Positions 23,920 through 34,553 of a DNA stretch of 64,000 bases are shown in pieces. How positions within the stretch are numbered: the stretch's first letter is position 1; the number at the start of each line of letters is the position of its first letter. A program made the translations under genes and the position numbers. Source of the stretch: Flectonema sp. DT1601 (Eukaryota); the NCBI GenBank assembly GCA_964019425.1, contig OZ025797.1, forward strand, positions 1,240,001 through 1,304,000, given 5' to 3'. A model generated the notes under the pieces. That model saw nothing but the letters and a program-made list of their open reading frames with translations, made no database searches and was not told where the DNA came from.

Positions 23920-25349
23920 TTAACCCTTACACCACCGTAAGAACCCCCCAAAACAACAGGTACAAAATTTTACTGTTTTTCAAAAAGAGAAAAGGTACCC
24001 CCCCAGAAAACCTATGTACCAAACCGGACACAACTACTCCTACGGGTCAACAGCACCTGTCACCCACACACCTAACAGTGCGTACCTTGGCGCGTTGTTG
24101 CACATTCAGCAGAACTAATAAAGTCGGCAGTGTCGCAATAACGTACTCAACGGTTTCCATTCATAGCAGCTGCATGTTATTCCCTTCCCGTATTTTGAAA
24201 GGGATGATGTTTCTGCGCAACATCATGTCAGAGGGAGCCCAAGTAAAGAGAATGCCAAATCACGGCCGATATTAAATCGAAAAATCAGATTTTTTCCCTG
24301 TTTTTTGAGCTTGTAAAAGCCCTCTGTGGTCGCGGAAAATACACAAACAACCCGCATCATGGCACAGCAGGTTCAGACACACAGGAGGATTACCGCATCG
24401 GGGTTGATAAGCTCGAAAAATATAAATAACATCGATCCCAGATCATGGAACTTCATTTGTTACAGTGCAGCTACTCAGATCAGACCGTGTTGGGCTGGAT
24501 CTATAAACTTCCACCTCTTTACCCCACCAGTCTGGCATACTGGATTTTTGGGAAGTTGGCGGTTTAGGAACATCACAAGGATTTTTGTAGTTTTGGAGGA
24601 TGTGATACCTTTTGAAACATGGGTAAGCACAAAGCGCTTGGTTGCATCGCTCACAGTAATCCAGTGTTTGTGCGCGCTTTGCGCGAACTGCGCACTGACG
24701 AGCCTTTTCCATCTTTCCGGGGTAGTTTCCCAAAGCTGGCTTGAGGCGATCAGGGATTGATACTGGGGGTCAACAGCATGTCATTCGAACCCCAGTAATC
24801 CCCAGGTTAGATTTTATTGGGAAGTGCGTCAGTAATGTTGTGCCAACAAAGGCCCTTCGCTCCTGCGTACTGGTTTTAAATTTTCTTCCCTCTGTGAGGC
24901 ATAGGCCTCAGAGTTTTTCTTCATCAGCTGGAAAACTGACTATCCGAAGAAAAACTCAAAAACCTGCAGCTCCGACTTGCGTGCAACTCTAATCTTTAAC
25001 GTTGCTTGGAAACGCGTTTTTATTCTTGGTAACACTTGTTACTTCCCCTCCATTTGGGGTCAGATACTTCGTCAAGTGACGAATCGGAGCACACCGACGA
25101 TGGTTTTACTGTTGCATCCTCATCAGAACTGTGGACCGACATGTTTCCCAAGTTGATTTTGGCCAACTTTAGCAAATGAAGAATTTACCATTTAATAAAA
25201 ACTATTGCGGCGCAACACGTAAGGAACATAAAAGACATCGCAATAATACCTCTCCCGAGAAATCGTTGTACTCAGAAATGCAAATTTTCACTTAGCAAAA
25301 AACTTCTTTTTCCAGACTGATATATCAGCTCCGGTGGTGTAAGGGTTAA
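23920..25349 (-). mobile_element. Internally deleted (non-autonomous) piggyBac transposon
   Basis: TTAA at 23920-23923 and 25346-25349. Perfect 14-bp TIRs CCCTTACACCACCG (23924-23937) / CGGTGGTGTAAGGG (25332-25345). Minus-strand transposase remnants. Confidence 0.93.
24443..25142 (-). pseudogene. piggyBac transposase remnant (N-terminus + C-terminal Cys-rich domain; DDD core deleted)
   Basis: MSVHSSDED...DPKW and SELQVFEFFF at the N-terminus; RQCAV...YCERCNQALCAYPCFKRYH at the C-terminus; stops and frameshifts. Confidence 0.8.
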
Positions 25350-25665
25350 TTGAATTTAAACGGAATGAGATTCGTAATAAAAGAAAGCTGTCTGTGAGTA
25401 AAGATTGGCTAACTTTCAGCAATACGAATTCGGAATTTGGAATCAATTTGGAGTTTGTACGGCAACGTTTTTAAATAATATCCTTGTCTAGTCGGACTTT
25501 GCTTTTCTTGTCACCCCCTTCAGGAAAAAAACCGATGCAGAGTGTTTACCAATACCTACACTAACATTACCTTTAGTCAACATGTATTATTGTTTAATAT
25601 GATAATTAATAATATCGACAGCTGTGTTTTATAAATATCTTAAAACAGTTGCGCCCTTGAAAAAA

Positions 25666-26685
25666 ATGAACAAAAAACCCGTAACTTCGGCTGAGCCACA
25701 CTCGGAACCTAAGTACTATGTGAGCGTGTGCACGTATCCCGGTTTTAAGAATTACTTTAAAAATTCAAATTGCTACCGTGTTAAATCGACTAAAATAACG
25801 GAAACAAATAAGCAAACTGATCTTAGTTTATTAATAACTGCTGCTCCCAATCTGGAGATTGATGAATTTAAATCTTGCAAGAATAGGCCATCCAAGTCGG
25901 AGTATTGGAGTACTATCTGCGAGAACAATAAATGTTTTAAAGTCGAAGAGGGGAAATATGGCGATTTCCTGAAAAGTCTTGGATGCTTTGAAAGTAATCG
26001 TTTAGGTGATCGCTGCCCGAAAGTTGGTGGTCTCAACTTGGTGTACATTTTTGTTGATCCTTTCCGTTTAAACATGGGGACCTCAGACAATGGTTATCAC
26101 GAGATAAAAGTTGGTATGAGTGATGCAGGTGACAGGGAAACTGATCTAAAGAAAAGTGTATGCGCAGGGTACATGGTTGGTAAATACAAATGTGAAAAGT
26201 CATGCAAGGCTGTAGAAACAATGATCCATAGTTACTTGATAGCAAAAGGTAGACATGTTGGTGGTGAGTGGTTTAGGATTTATGACATTGAAAACCTTAA
26301 GGAGACTGTTGAATGTTGTGCTACGGGAGGAGTACCTGATGGGATGTTTCCGTCAGAAAAATACGTGAAATGGACATCTGTGTTTATTATTAAAAAGAAT
26401 AATGGGTATGAACTTACCGATAAGTTTTGGGAGGGGAAAGTGGAACATGGACAACAGTGTGAATCTTCCGACTTGCTAATTAAGAAGTGTCGCAATTTTG
26501 GTATCAATGAGGAAACCCGTGAGAAAACAATCTCGAATATAATAGACCCCTCCAAAACGACAGATGGGCCGACAACGGGGAGCTTCCAAATAGCATACGG
26601 TGTCGAAGCAACCAATGATTCGAATTCCGGAATTGGAGACATAGCAGTCGGCGTGTCTAAAGTAACACTTGAATCCTCCAAATAG
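25666..26685 (+). CDS. T5orf172/MUG113 (GIY-YIG superfamily) domain protein, paralog A
   Basis: VYIF...IKVGMS...RE.DL...VETMIHSYL...RHVGGEWF pattern; intronless intact ORF. Confidence 0.8.
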   Translation: MNKKPVTSAEPHSEPKYYVSVCTYPGFKNYFKNSNCYRVKSTKITETNKQTDLSLLITAAPNLEIDEFKSCKNRPSKSEYWSTICENNKCFKVEEGKYGDFLKSLGCFESNRLGDRCPKVGGLNLVYIFVDPFRLNMGTSDNGYHEIKVGMSDAGDRETDLKKSVCAGYMVGKYKCEKSCKAVETMIHSYLIAKGRHVGGEWFRIYDIENLKETVECCATGGVPDGMFPSEKYVKWTSVFIIKKNNGYELTDKFWEGKVEHGQQCESSDLLIKKCRNFGINEETREKTISNIIDPSKTTDGPTTGSFQIAYGVEATNDSNSGIGDIAVGVSKVTLESSK

Positions 26686-29600
26686 ACGCACAGGAAATAT
26701 TTCTACCACTTCTGTCAATCAATACCAACTACACATCAACTTGTCTTCATAACCTTCTGCAGCTGTTTTATTATTTCGTAATTACAATAAATCTTGTTAT
26801 TCAGAAGACATTATTTCACACTCGTACAGAGTTAAGCAATCCGTTTAAGGAACATTTATAGTTCAAGAAAAATAATTCGATCCAACCAGCGAAGGAATCT
26901 TATTTCAGATATCTTCTATGGAATCTCTTGATATCCTTGCAAGAAGAGATTACAATCTAACTCAGGAAGGTTACTCGTATCGTGTAAGAGGTTCCTTGTC
27001 TTTAGCCACAGGGAATCTCACAATCAGAAATAATTACGGGAATTTGTGAGGAGAATGTTTTCCGAGAAATCAGAGATGACCAGAGATGACCTGCCCACAG
27101 GAAGGGAATGAAAGCTTTAAATAATAAAGTTCATTTTATAACCTACAGAAGAATAAAGTGAATTGTGACTACCTGACTAGCGCTACAAATGTTTCCTAAA
27201 ATAAGTTGCTGAGCAAGACTGTCAACACGAAATAACAGTTTTGAATAAAACAACGTATCTAAATTATAGACACATTGTAACTCGAAACAAGTACTGCTTG
27301 CGTCTTTCCTCTGTGATTATACTCGGGCTTTGCTCTCGTCAAATCACGTCATCAGCCACATGCAAACGTTATTTCTCATTGTGAAATAATGTACTTGACA
27401 TAGTGAAGTAATTCATTATTGAAAACAATTGGAGTTTATAATTATTTTCTTATTTATTTGAGATGATGCGGCTCTTCTTCTTCTCTTTTACGAACATGTG
27501 ATGAATTATCGACATGAGAATCTTTTCGGATATGTTTTTATTGTATTCGAGTAAGAGTGTTGATGAATTGAACAACAAGTGAAATGAAAAACGTGAAGTG
27601 TTTCTTTTTTTATAACAAACTCGTATTCTAACTTGTTTGAAGATTGGCGTTTCCAGCCGTCTCTCGAACTGCCTGCCTCGTGCGAGCGGTTCTGACTCTC
27701 TCTTGTACCCCCGCGAGTTTTCCTGGAGCTCAGCCTCCTTTGAAAAATAAGCACCAACCCCCTCCCTCCTTCCCAGCTTGGTTTTATTTTATTTTGTGTT
27801 TGCGAATTATCTAAAGTAGGATTGCTGGTGCATTCGTACGACTTCCTCATTCTCTCGAGTTGGAAATAAAAATAAGTACAAAGAAAAAAAAAAACCCCCA
27901 AATGTAACCCAATCCCATAGTGAATAACGAGGAGAGATGGTAGCGAGGGAATCATATCCGAGCCCCGTTTTAAGTAATTAAATAACTCGATTCCGTACTT
28001 GCACTGAATGACAACACAGAAACAAGTCACACGCGGATTGTTTACCGATACTAACATTACTCAACTGTATCATGACTATCGTTTATTTAGTTAACTCTGG
28101 TACAAGACGGATATTTATTTCTTCATAAGCATACTCAAAACATTAAATCCTTCCCTCCTTCCCAGCCTGGTTTTATTTTATTTTGTGTTTGCGAATTATC
28201 TTTCAAAAGTGTGAGAACTCATTACGTGAATCTCAAGTAGGATTGCTGGTGCATTCGTACGACTTTTTCATTCTCTCGAGCTCGTTGGATCTTCTCTCTT
28301 TGTTGTTGTACATTGTACTGCCATTTGGGGTTTGGTCCCATTTTATTTTGTTGAAAAGAAAGAAAAAAAACGAGTGCAAGAAACAAAGTGCGTGTTTTCT
28401 TTCCCTTTAACTATTATAATAAAAGTCATATTCTAACTACAAGATTTTTAGAAAAAAAACATAAAAAAAAAAAACAAAGCAGGGGGGATCCTCCCTGTGC
28501 CATCGTTTAAAAAGAAATTTAAAAAAAGAAATCCTGCTCTCCAGCAAACACAATAATACAAGATAAGAAAACCAATTTTTCGGATCCCAGAGCTGCGAAA
28601 AACAAAAAAAAGCTCGACGTCTGCGTGCCCCAGAGACTAACTGTGCAGATGACTCTCTCCCTCCCATTCTACCGAACAGGTCTTCTCTGTTTACTGAATG
28701 TGAGGATTACTTCACATCATTCATGTCTTCAAACAGATGAAGAGAAGTAGTGTGTTTCCATCTTATTTCCCCCAAGTAATAGTAAAGATTAGTGAAGTGT
28801 TTCTTTTTTACAACAAACTCGTATTCTAACCTGTTTGAAGATTGGCGTTTCCAGCCGTCTCTCGAACTGCCTGCCTCGTGCGAGCGGTTCTTACTCTCTC
28901 TTGTACCTCTAATAAGCACCAACCCCCTCCCTTCTTCCCAGCTTGGTTTTATTTTATTTTGTGTTTGCGAATTATCTTTCAAAAGTGTGAGAACTCATTA
29001 CGTGAATCTCAAGTAGGATTGCTGGTGCATTCGTACGACTTTTTCATTCTCTCGAGCTCGTTGGATCTTCTCTCTTTGTTGTTGTACATTGTACTGCCAT
29101 TTGGGGTTTAGTCCCATTTTATTTTGTTGAAAAGAAAGAAAAAAACGAGTGCAAGAAACAAAGTGCGTGTTTTCTTTCCCTTTAACTATTATAATAAAAG
29201 TCATATTCTAACACAAGATTTTTAGAAAAAAAACATAAAAAATAACAAGGCAGGGGGAATCCTCCCTGTGCCATTGTTTAAAAAGAAATATAAAAAAAAG
29301 AAATCCTGCTCTCCAGCAAACACAATAATACAAGATAAGAAAACCGAATTTTCGGATCCCACAACACAAGAAAAGGATGAAACACATCGAGCTACGAAAA
29401 ACAAAAAAAAGCTCGACATCTGCGTGCCCCAGAGACAAACTGTGCAGATGACTCTCTCCCTCTTGCTTTTCCCCATTCTATTTTACCGTACAGCAACAGT
29501 TGTAAAGCTGGAGAAAGACGACGACTTTTATTTTATGCACGCGAAAGATCCCAACAGAGAGTGGATCGAGAGCAAAAGTGCACCGCCTCCCTCGAAAAGA

Positions 29601-30470
29601 AAAAGCCTTAAAAAAAAGAAAAAGAAATGTATTTTCAAATTGATTTGCTTGATTGCAAAAGACAGTCGTCCCTCCAGCTCTTCGGGTCTTCCCTGTTGCT
29701 GTATGTCGAGACAGCGATCAGAGTCAGAAGAAGAGAGAAATTATTTCACATTTTGTGTTTTCGAATTCCCTGAGAGACAAAGAAAGATGTTTCCATTTTA
29801 TTTTCCCCGAAAAGAAAAGAAAAGGAAGGACAACAATAAAAATAAAACTAATGAATGGAGTAACTAATGCACTCCAAAATAAAATATCCCAAAAGAGAAA
29901 CATCCTCGTAGAGCACAAGTAGTAACACAACAATCAACTTATTATTCAAAACAGTGAGAGGAAATAGAAACATGTTTCATTGGCAAAGGGACATCTCATG
30001 GGAAGCAGAGGTTCTGATTTTATCAACTGCGAGAGAGACTTCCATGCAGACTGCGAACTGTGAGTTTCTTTATTACACTCAAAACACTTTCATCATATTT
30101 TAGAGATTTCTTTACTTCAGGTATCTCACGTAAGAGTCTCGCCTGTTCAATTTGTTTGTTCTTATTTTGTTTAATTTTAATCTCTTCAAGGAATCGATTA
30201 CTTCTCTTAACGATCAACACGTCAGGTGAGCTGAAGGATGAACACGGAGATTCCAACACAGCAGTCGAGGGTATCAAATCGACGTTGTTTGTGGACTTGT
30301 AAACAATCATATTATAATCCTCGATTCCCAATTTATTGGAACGGTAGAAATCCATCCTCGAGAGAGTCACTTGAAATGTTTCCATTCAAAGGAAGAAAGG
30401 CTGAGCGGGGGCCACACGGTTCGGGTCTGCGTAAGGGTTTCCGGGGTCCCATTCCATACAAAAGAAGAGG
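26654..30470 (+). repeat. Segmental repeat block 1 (T5orf172 3' flank + modular array)
   Basis: Near-identical to 34525-38550 and, in part, to 50411-52196. Confidence 0.9.
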
Positions 30471-30993
30471 CTTCCACTCCGATTTTAATGTAATATCTCA
30501 TTACATCATCCACACCATTTTGGTTTTGTTCCAAAATACAGGTCCAGATAGCACATGTTGAAGTTTATCAAGTGGATTGAAATTGGTGGGATTTAGTGCG
30601 TTTTTGATGCGTTTTTGATGTTGCCTTGATCATTTTGAAGTCGGCTTTATGCTTTGTGTCACTTTCTTACTTTTTCAAACCCCAGACTCAAATCATCATC
30701 TAACTATGGGTAAAGACTTCGGAGAAGTCAAGGAAGCACTCAAAGGGAATTCTGGTAATTTGGTCCCTACTGGTTTCAAAGGAAAAATGAAAAACTATGA
30801 CTCAGCAATAGCTGCGAAGACAAATCCAGCAAATACGGTGACCGCGAAGGAATTTGCATGTTCCAAGATGAAACGTAAATGATGTGTGTCAAATTAAAAA
30901 AATAACAATCAAGATGAAAACTCGAAGAAACAAACCAATAAAGGCATGTCCCCACAAAAAAAGAAAAAAAAAAAGAAAGAAATAAAAATCAGC

Positions 30994-33463
30994 AGCGAGG
31001 GAATCATATCCGAGCCCCGTTTTAAGTAATTGAATAACTCGATTCCGTACTCGCACTGAATGACAACACGGAAACGAGTCACACGCGGATTGTTTACCGA
31101 TACTAACATTACTCAACTGTATCATGACTATCGTTTATTTAGTTAACTCTGGTACAAGACGGATATTTATTTCTTCATAAGCATACTCAAAACATTAAAT
31201 CCTTCCCTTCTTCCCAGCCTGGTTTTATTTTATTTTGTGTTTGCGAATTATCTTTCAAAAGTGTGAGAACTCATTACGTGAATCTAAAGTAGGATTGCTG
31301 GTGCATTCGTACGACTTTTTCATTCTGCTCGTTGGATCTTCTTTCTTTGCATAATTATCGACATGAGAATCTTTTCGGATATGTTTTTATTGTATTCGAG
31401 TAAGAGTGTTGATGAATTGAACAACAAGTCAACAACCAGTAGAACCAACAGTCTATTGTACGAACACTAATACAGTCATTCCTTTTACTAAACAGGTCTT
31501 CTCTGTTTACTGAATGTGAGGATTACTTCACATCATTCGTGTCTTCAAACAGATGAAGAGAAGTAGTGTGTTTCCATCTTATTTCCCCCAAGTAATAGTA
31601 AAGATTAGTGAAGTGTTTCTTTTTTTATAACAAACTCGTATTCTAACTTGTTTGAAGATTGGCGTTTCCAGCCGTCTCTCGAACTGCCTGCCTCGTGCGA
31701 GCGGTTCTGACTCTCTCTTGTACCCACGCGAGTTTTCCTGGAGCTCAGCCTCCTTTGAAAAATAAGCACCAACCCCCTCCCTCCTTCCCAGCTTGGTTTT
31801 ATTTTATTTTGTGTTTGCGAATTATCTAAAGTAGGATTGCTGGTGCATTCGTACGACTTCCTCATTCTCTCGAGTTGGAAATAAAAATAAGTACAAAGAA
31901 AAAAAAAAACCCCCAAATATAACCCAAACCCATAGTGAATAACGAGGAGAGATGGTAGCGAGGGAATCATATCCGAGCCCCGTTTTAAGTAATTGAATAA
32001 CTCGATTCCGTACTTGCACTGAATGACAACACAGAAACAAGTCACACGCGGATTGTTTACCGATACTAACATTACTCAACTGTATCATGACTATCGTTTA
32101 TTTAGTTAACTCTGGTACAAGACGGATATTTATTTCTTCATAAGCATACTCAAAACATTAAATCCTTCCCTCCTTCCCAGCCTGGTTTTATTTTATTTTG
32201 TGTTTGCGAATTATCTTTCAAAAGTGTGAGAACTCATTACGTGAATCTAAAGTAGGATTGCTGGTGCATTCGTACGACTTTTTCATTCTCTCGAGCTCGT
32301 TGGATCTTCTCTCTTTGTTGTTGTACATTGTACTGCCATTTGGGGTTTGGTCCCATTTTATTTTGTTGAAAAGAAAGAAAAAAAACGAGTGCAAGAAACA
32401 AAGTGCGTGTTTTCTTTCCCTTTAACTATTATAATAAAAGTCATATTCTAACTACAAGATTTTTAGAAAAAAAACATAAAAAAAAAAAAACAAAGCAGAG
32501 GGGATCCTCCCTGTGCCATCGTTTAAAAAGAAATTTAAAAAAAGAAATCCTGCTCTCCAGCAAACACAATAATACAAGATAAGAAAACCAATTTTTCGGA
32601 TCCCAGAGCTGCGAAAAACAAAAAAAAGCTCGACGTCTGCGTGCCCCAGAGACTAACTGTGCAGATGACTCTCTCCCTCCCATTCTACCGAACAGGTCTT
32701 CTCTGTTTACTGAATGTGAGGATTACTTCACATCATTCATGTCTTCAAACAGATGAAGAGAAGTAGTGTGTTTCCATCTTATTTCCCCCAAGTAATAGTA
32801 AAGATTAGTGAAGTGTTTCTTTTTTACAACAAACTCGTATTCTAACCTGTTTGAAGATTGGCGTTTCCAGCCGTCTCTCGAACTGCCTGCCTCGTGCGAG
32901 CGGTTCTTACTCTCTCTTGTACCTCTAATAAGCACTAACCCCCTCCCTTCTTCCCAGCTTGGTTTTATTTTATTTTGTGTTTGCGAATTATCTTTCAAAA
33001 GTGTGAGAACTCATTACGTGAATCTCAAGTAGGATTGCTGGTGCATTCGTACGACTTTTTCATTCTCTCGAGCTCGTTGGATCTTCTCTCTTTGTTGTTG
33101 TACATTGTACTGCCATTTGGGGTTTAGTCCCATTTTATTTTGTTGAAAAGAAAGAAAAAAACGAGTGCAAGAAACAAAGTGCGTGTTTTCTTTCCCTTTA
33201 ACTATTATAATAAAAGTCATATTCTAACACAAGATTTTTAGAAAAAAAACATAAAAAATAACAAGGCAGGGGGAATCCTCCCTGTGCCATTGTTTAAAAA
33301 GAAATATAAAAAAAAGAAATTCTGCTCTCCAGCAAACACAATAATACAAGATAAGAAAACCGAATTTTCGGATCCCACAACACAAGAAAAGGATGAAACA
33401 CATCGAGCTACGAAAAACAAAAAAAAGCTCGACATCTGCGTGCCCCAGAGACAAACTGTGCAG
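30994..33463 (+). repeat. Modular repeat array block 2
   Basis: Same modules as 27590-29450, re-ordered. Confidence 0.9.
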
Positions 33464-33605
33464 TTTTTTTTCCGAGAATCCACCATCTTTTTTATATCCA
33501 AAGTTGTTATACTCCAAATTTTTTATACACCGTGATATTTATAATTACAGTATTATTTTAAAACAGTTATCGCCCTTGAATTATAGAAGCTAACAATCTG
33601 TAACT

Positions 33606-34553
33606 ATGTCTAAGTTACGGAAGTCTAAGTCAAATGTGAACAATGTGTTCGTATGCACATATCCCGGGTTTGAGATTGATGGTGATACGTGCTATCGTAT
33701 TATTTCGACTACAAAAATGGATAAAAGTACGAATGATGTGCTTGGAAACTTCTGGACTTTTGCCCCCAATGCTACATTTGTTAATTTTGAATCTCTAAGA
33801 AAGGCGCCATCCAAGTCAGAAAATTGGAGCCTGATCCCTGACACAAGGAAGTGTTATAGAGTCAACCAAGGAAATAATAAAAAATTTGCAATAAGTCTTG
33901 GATGCCCTAGGAATCAAGTTGATGATTTTAAAGAAGTTGAAAAGGTACGTGAAGAGGAATGTGAAGAAGAATGTGAGGAGGAATGTGAAGAGGAATGTGA
34001 AGAGGAATGTGAAGAGGAATGTGAAGAGGAATGTGAAGAGGAATGTGAAGGGGAATGTGAAGGGGGAGGTGAAAACGCGGTGTACATTTATGCCGATTGT
34101 TTCCGTTTAAACATGAATAATGGTTATCACGTGGTAAAAGTTGGTAAGACTAATAACAGGGAAAGAGATATGCCATACGGATTCGCAGGGTTCACATTTC
34201 ATCAATTCAAATGTAAACTAAACAACGATAATGTAGAAAAAATGATCCAAGGTTATTTGATAGCGAAAGGTAGACGTGTTGGTGGTGAGTGGTTTGAGAT
34301 TTATGACATTGATGACCTTATGCGGATTGTTAAACATTTTGCTGAAGGACAAGTGATGCCCTGGGAAAATAAGGATTTCCAAGTATCAGAAAGATACGTG
34401 CAGTATGATTTATCGTATGAGATCAAAACGAAAGATGGGCTGAAAAAGACCAGCAATTTTTGGGAGGGGAGCTTACAAAAAGTATACCATGTCGGAGACT
34501 TAATTGTCGACTTAACAGTCGACATGTCTAACGTAACACTTGAATCCTCCTAA
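33606..34553 (+). CDS. T5orf172/MUG113 (GIY-YIG superfamily) domain protein, paralog B
   Basis: VYIY...VKVGKT..RE...VEKMIQGYLIAKGRRVGGEWFEI; clear paralog of 25666-26685. Confidence 0.8.
   Translation: MSKLRKSKSNVNNVFVCTYPGFEIDGDTCYRIISTTKMDKSTNDVLGNFWTFAPNATFVNFESLRKAPSKSENWSLIPDTRKCYRVNQGNNKKFAISLGCPRNQVDDFKEVEKVREEECEEECEEECEEECEEECEEECEEECEEECEGECEGGGENAVYIYADCFRLNMNNGYHVVKVGKTNNRERDMPYGFAGFTFHQFKCKLNNDNVEKMIQGYLIAKGRRVGGEWFEIYDIDDLMRIVKHFAEGQVMPWENKDFQVSERYVQYDLSYEIKTKDGLKKTSNFWEGSLQKVYHVGDLIVDLTVDMSNVTLESS
33951..34062 (+). repeat. 12-bp coding minisatellite (GAAGAGGAATGT)n = (EEEC)n
   Basis: About nine tandem units in the interdomain linker of paralog B; absent from paralog A. Confidence 0.9.

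Noticed and set aside
30706..30882. Short ORF MGKDFGEVKEALKG... unique within the array
   Set aside because: Only 58 aa with no motif; cannot be supported as a gene
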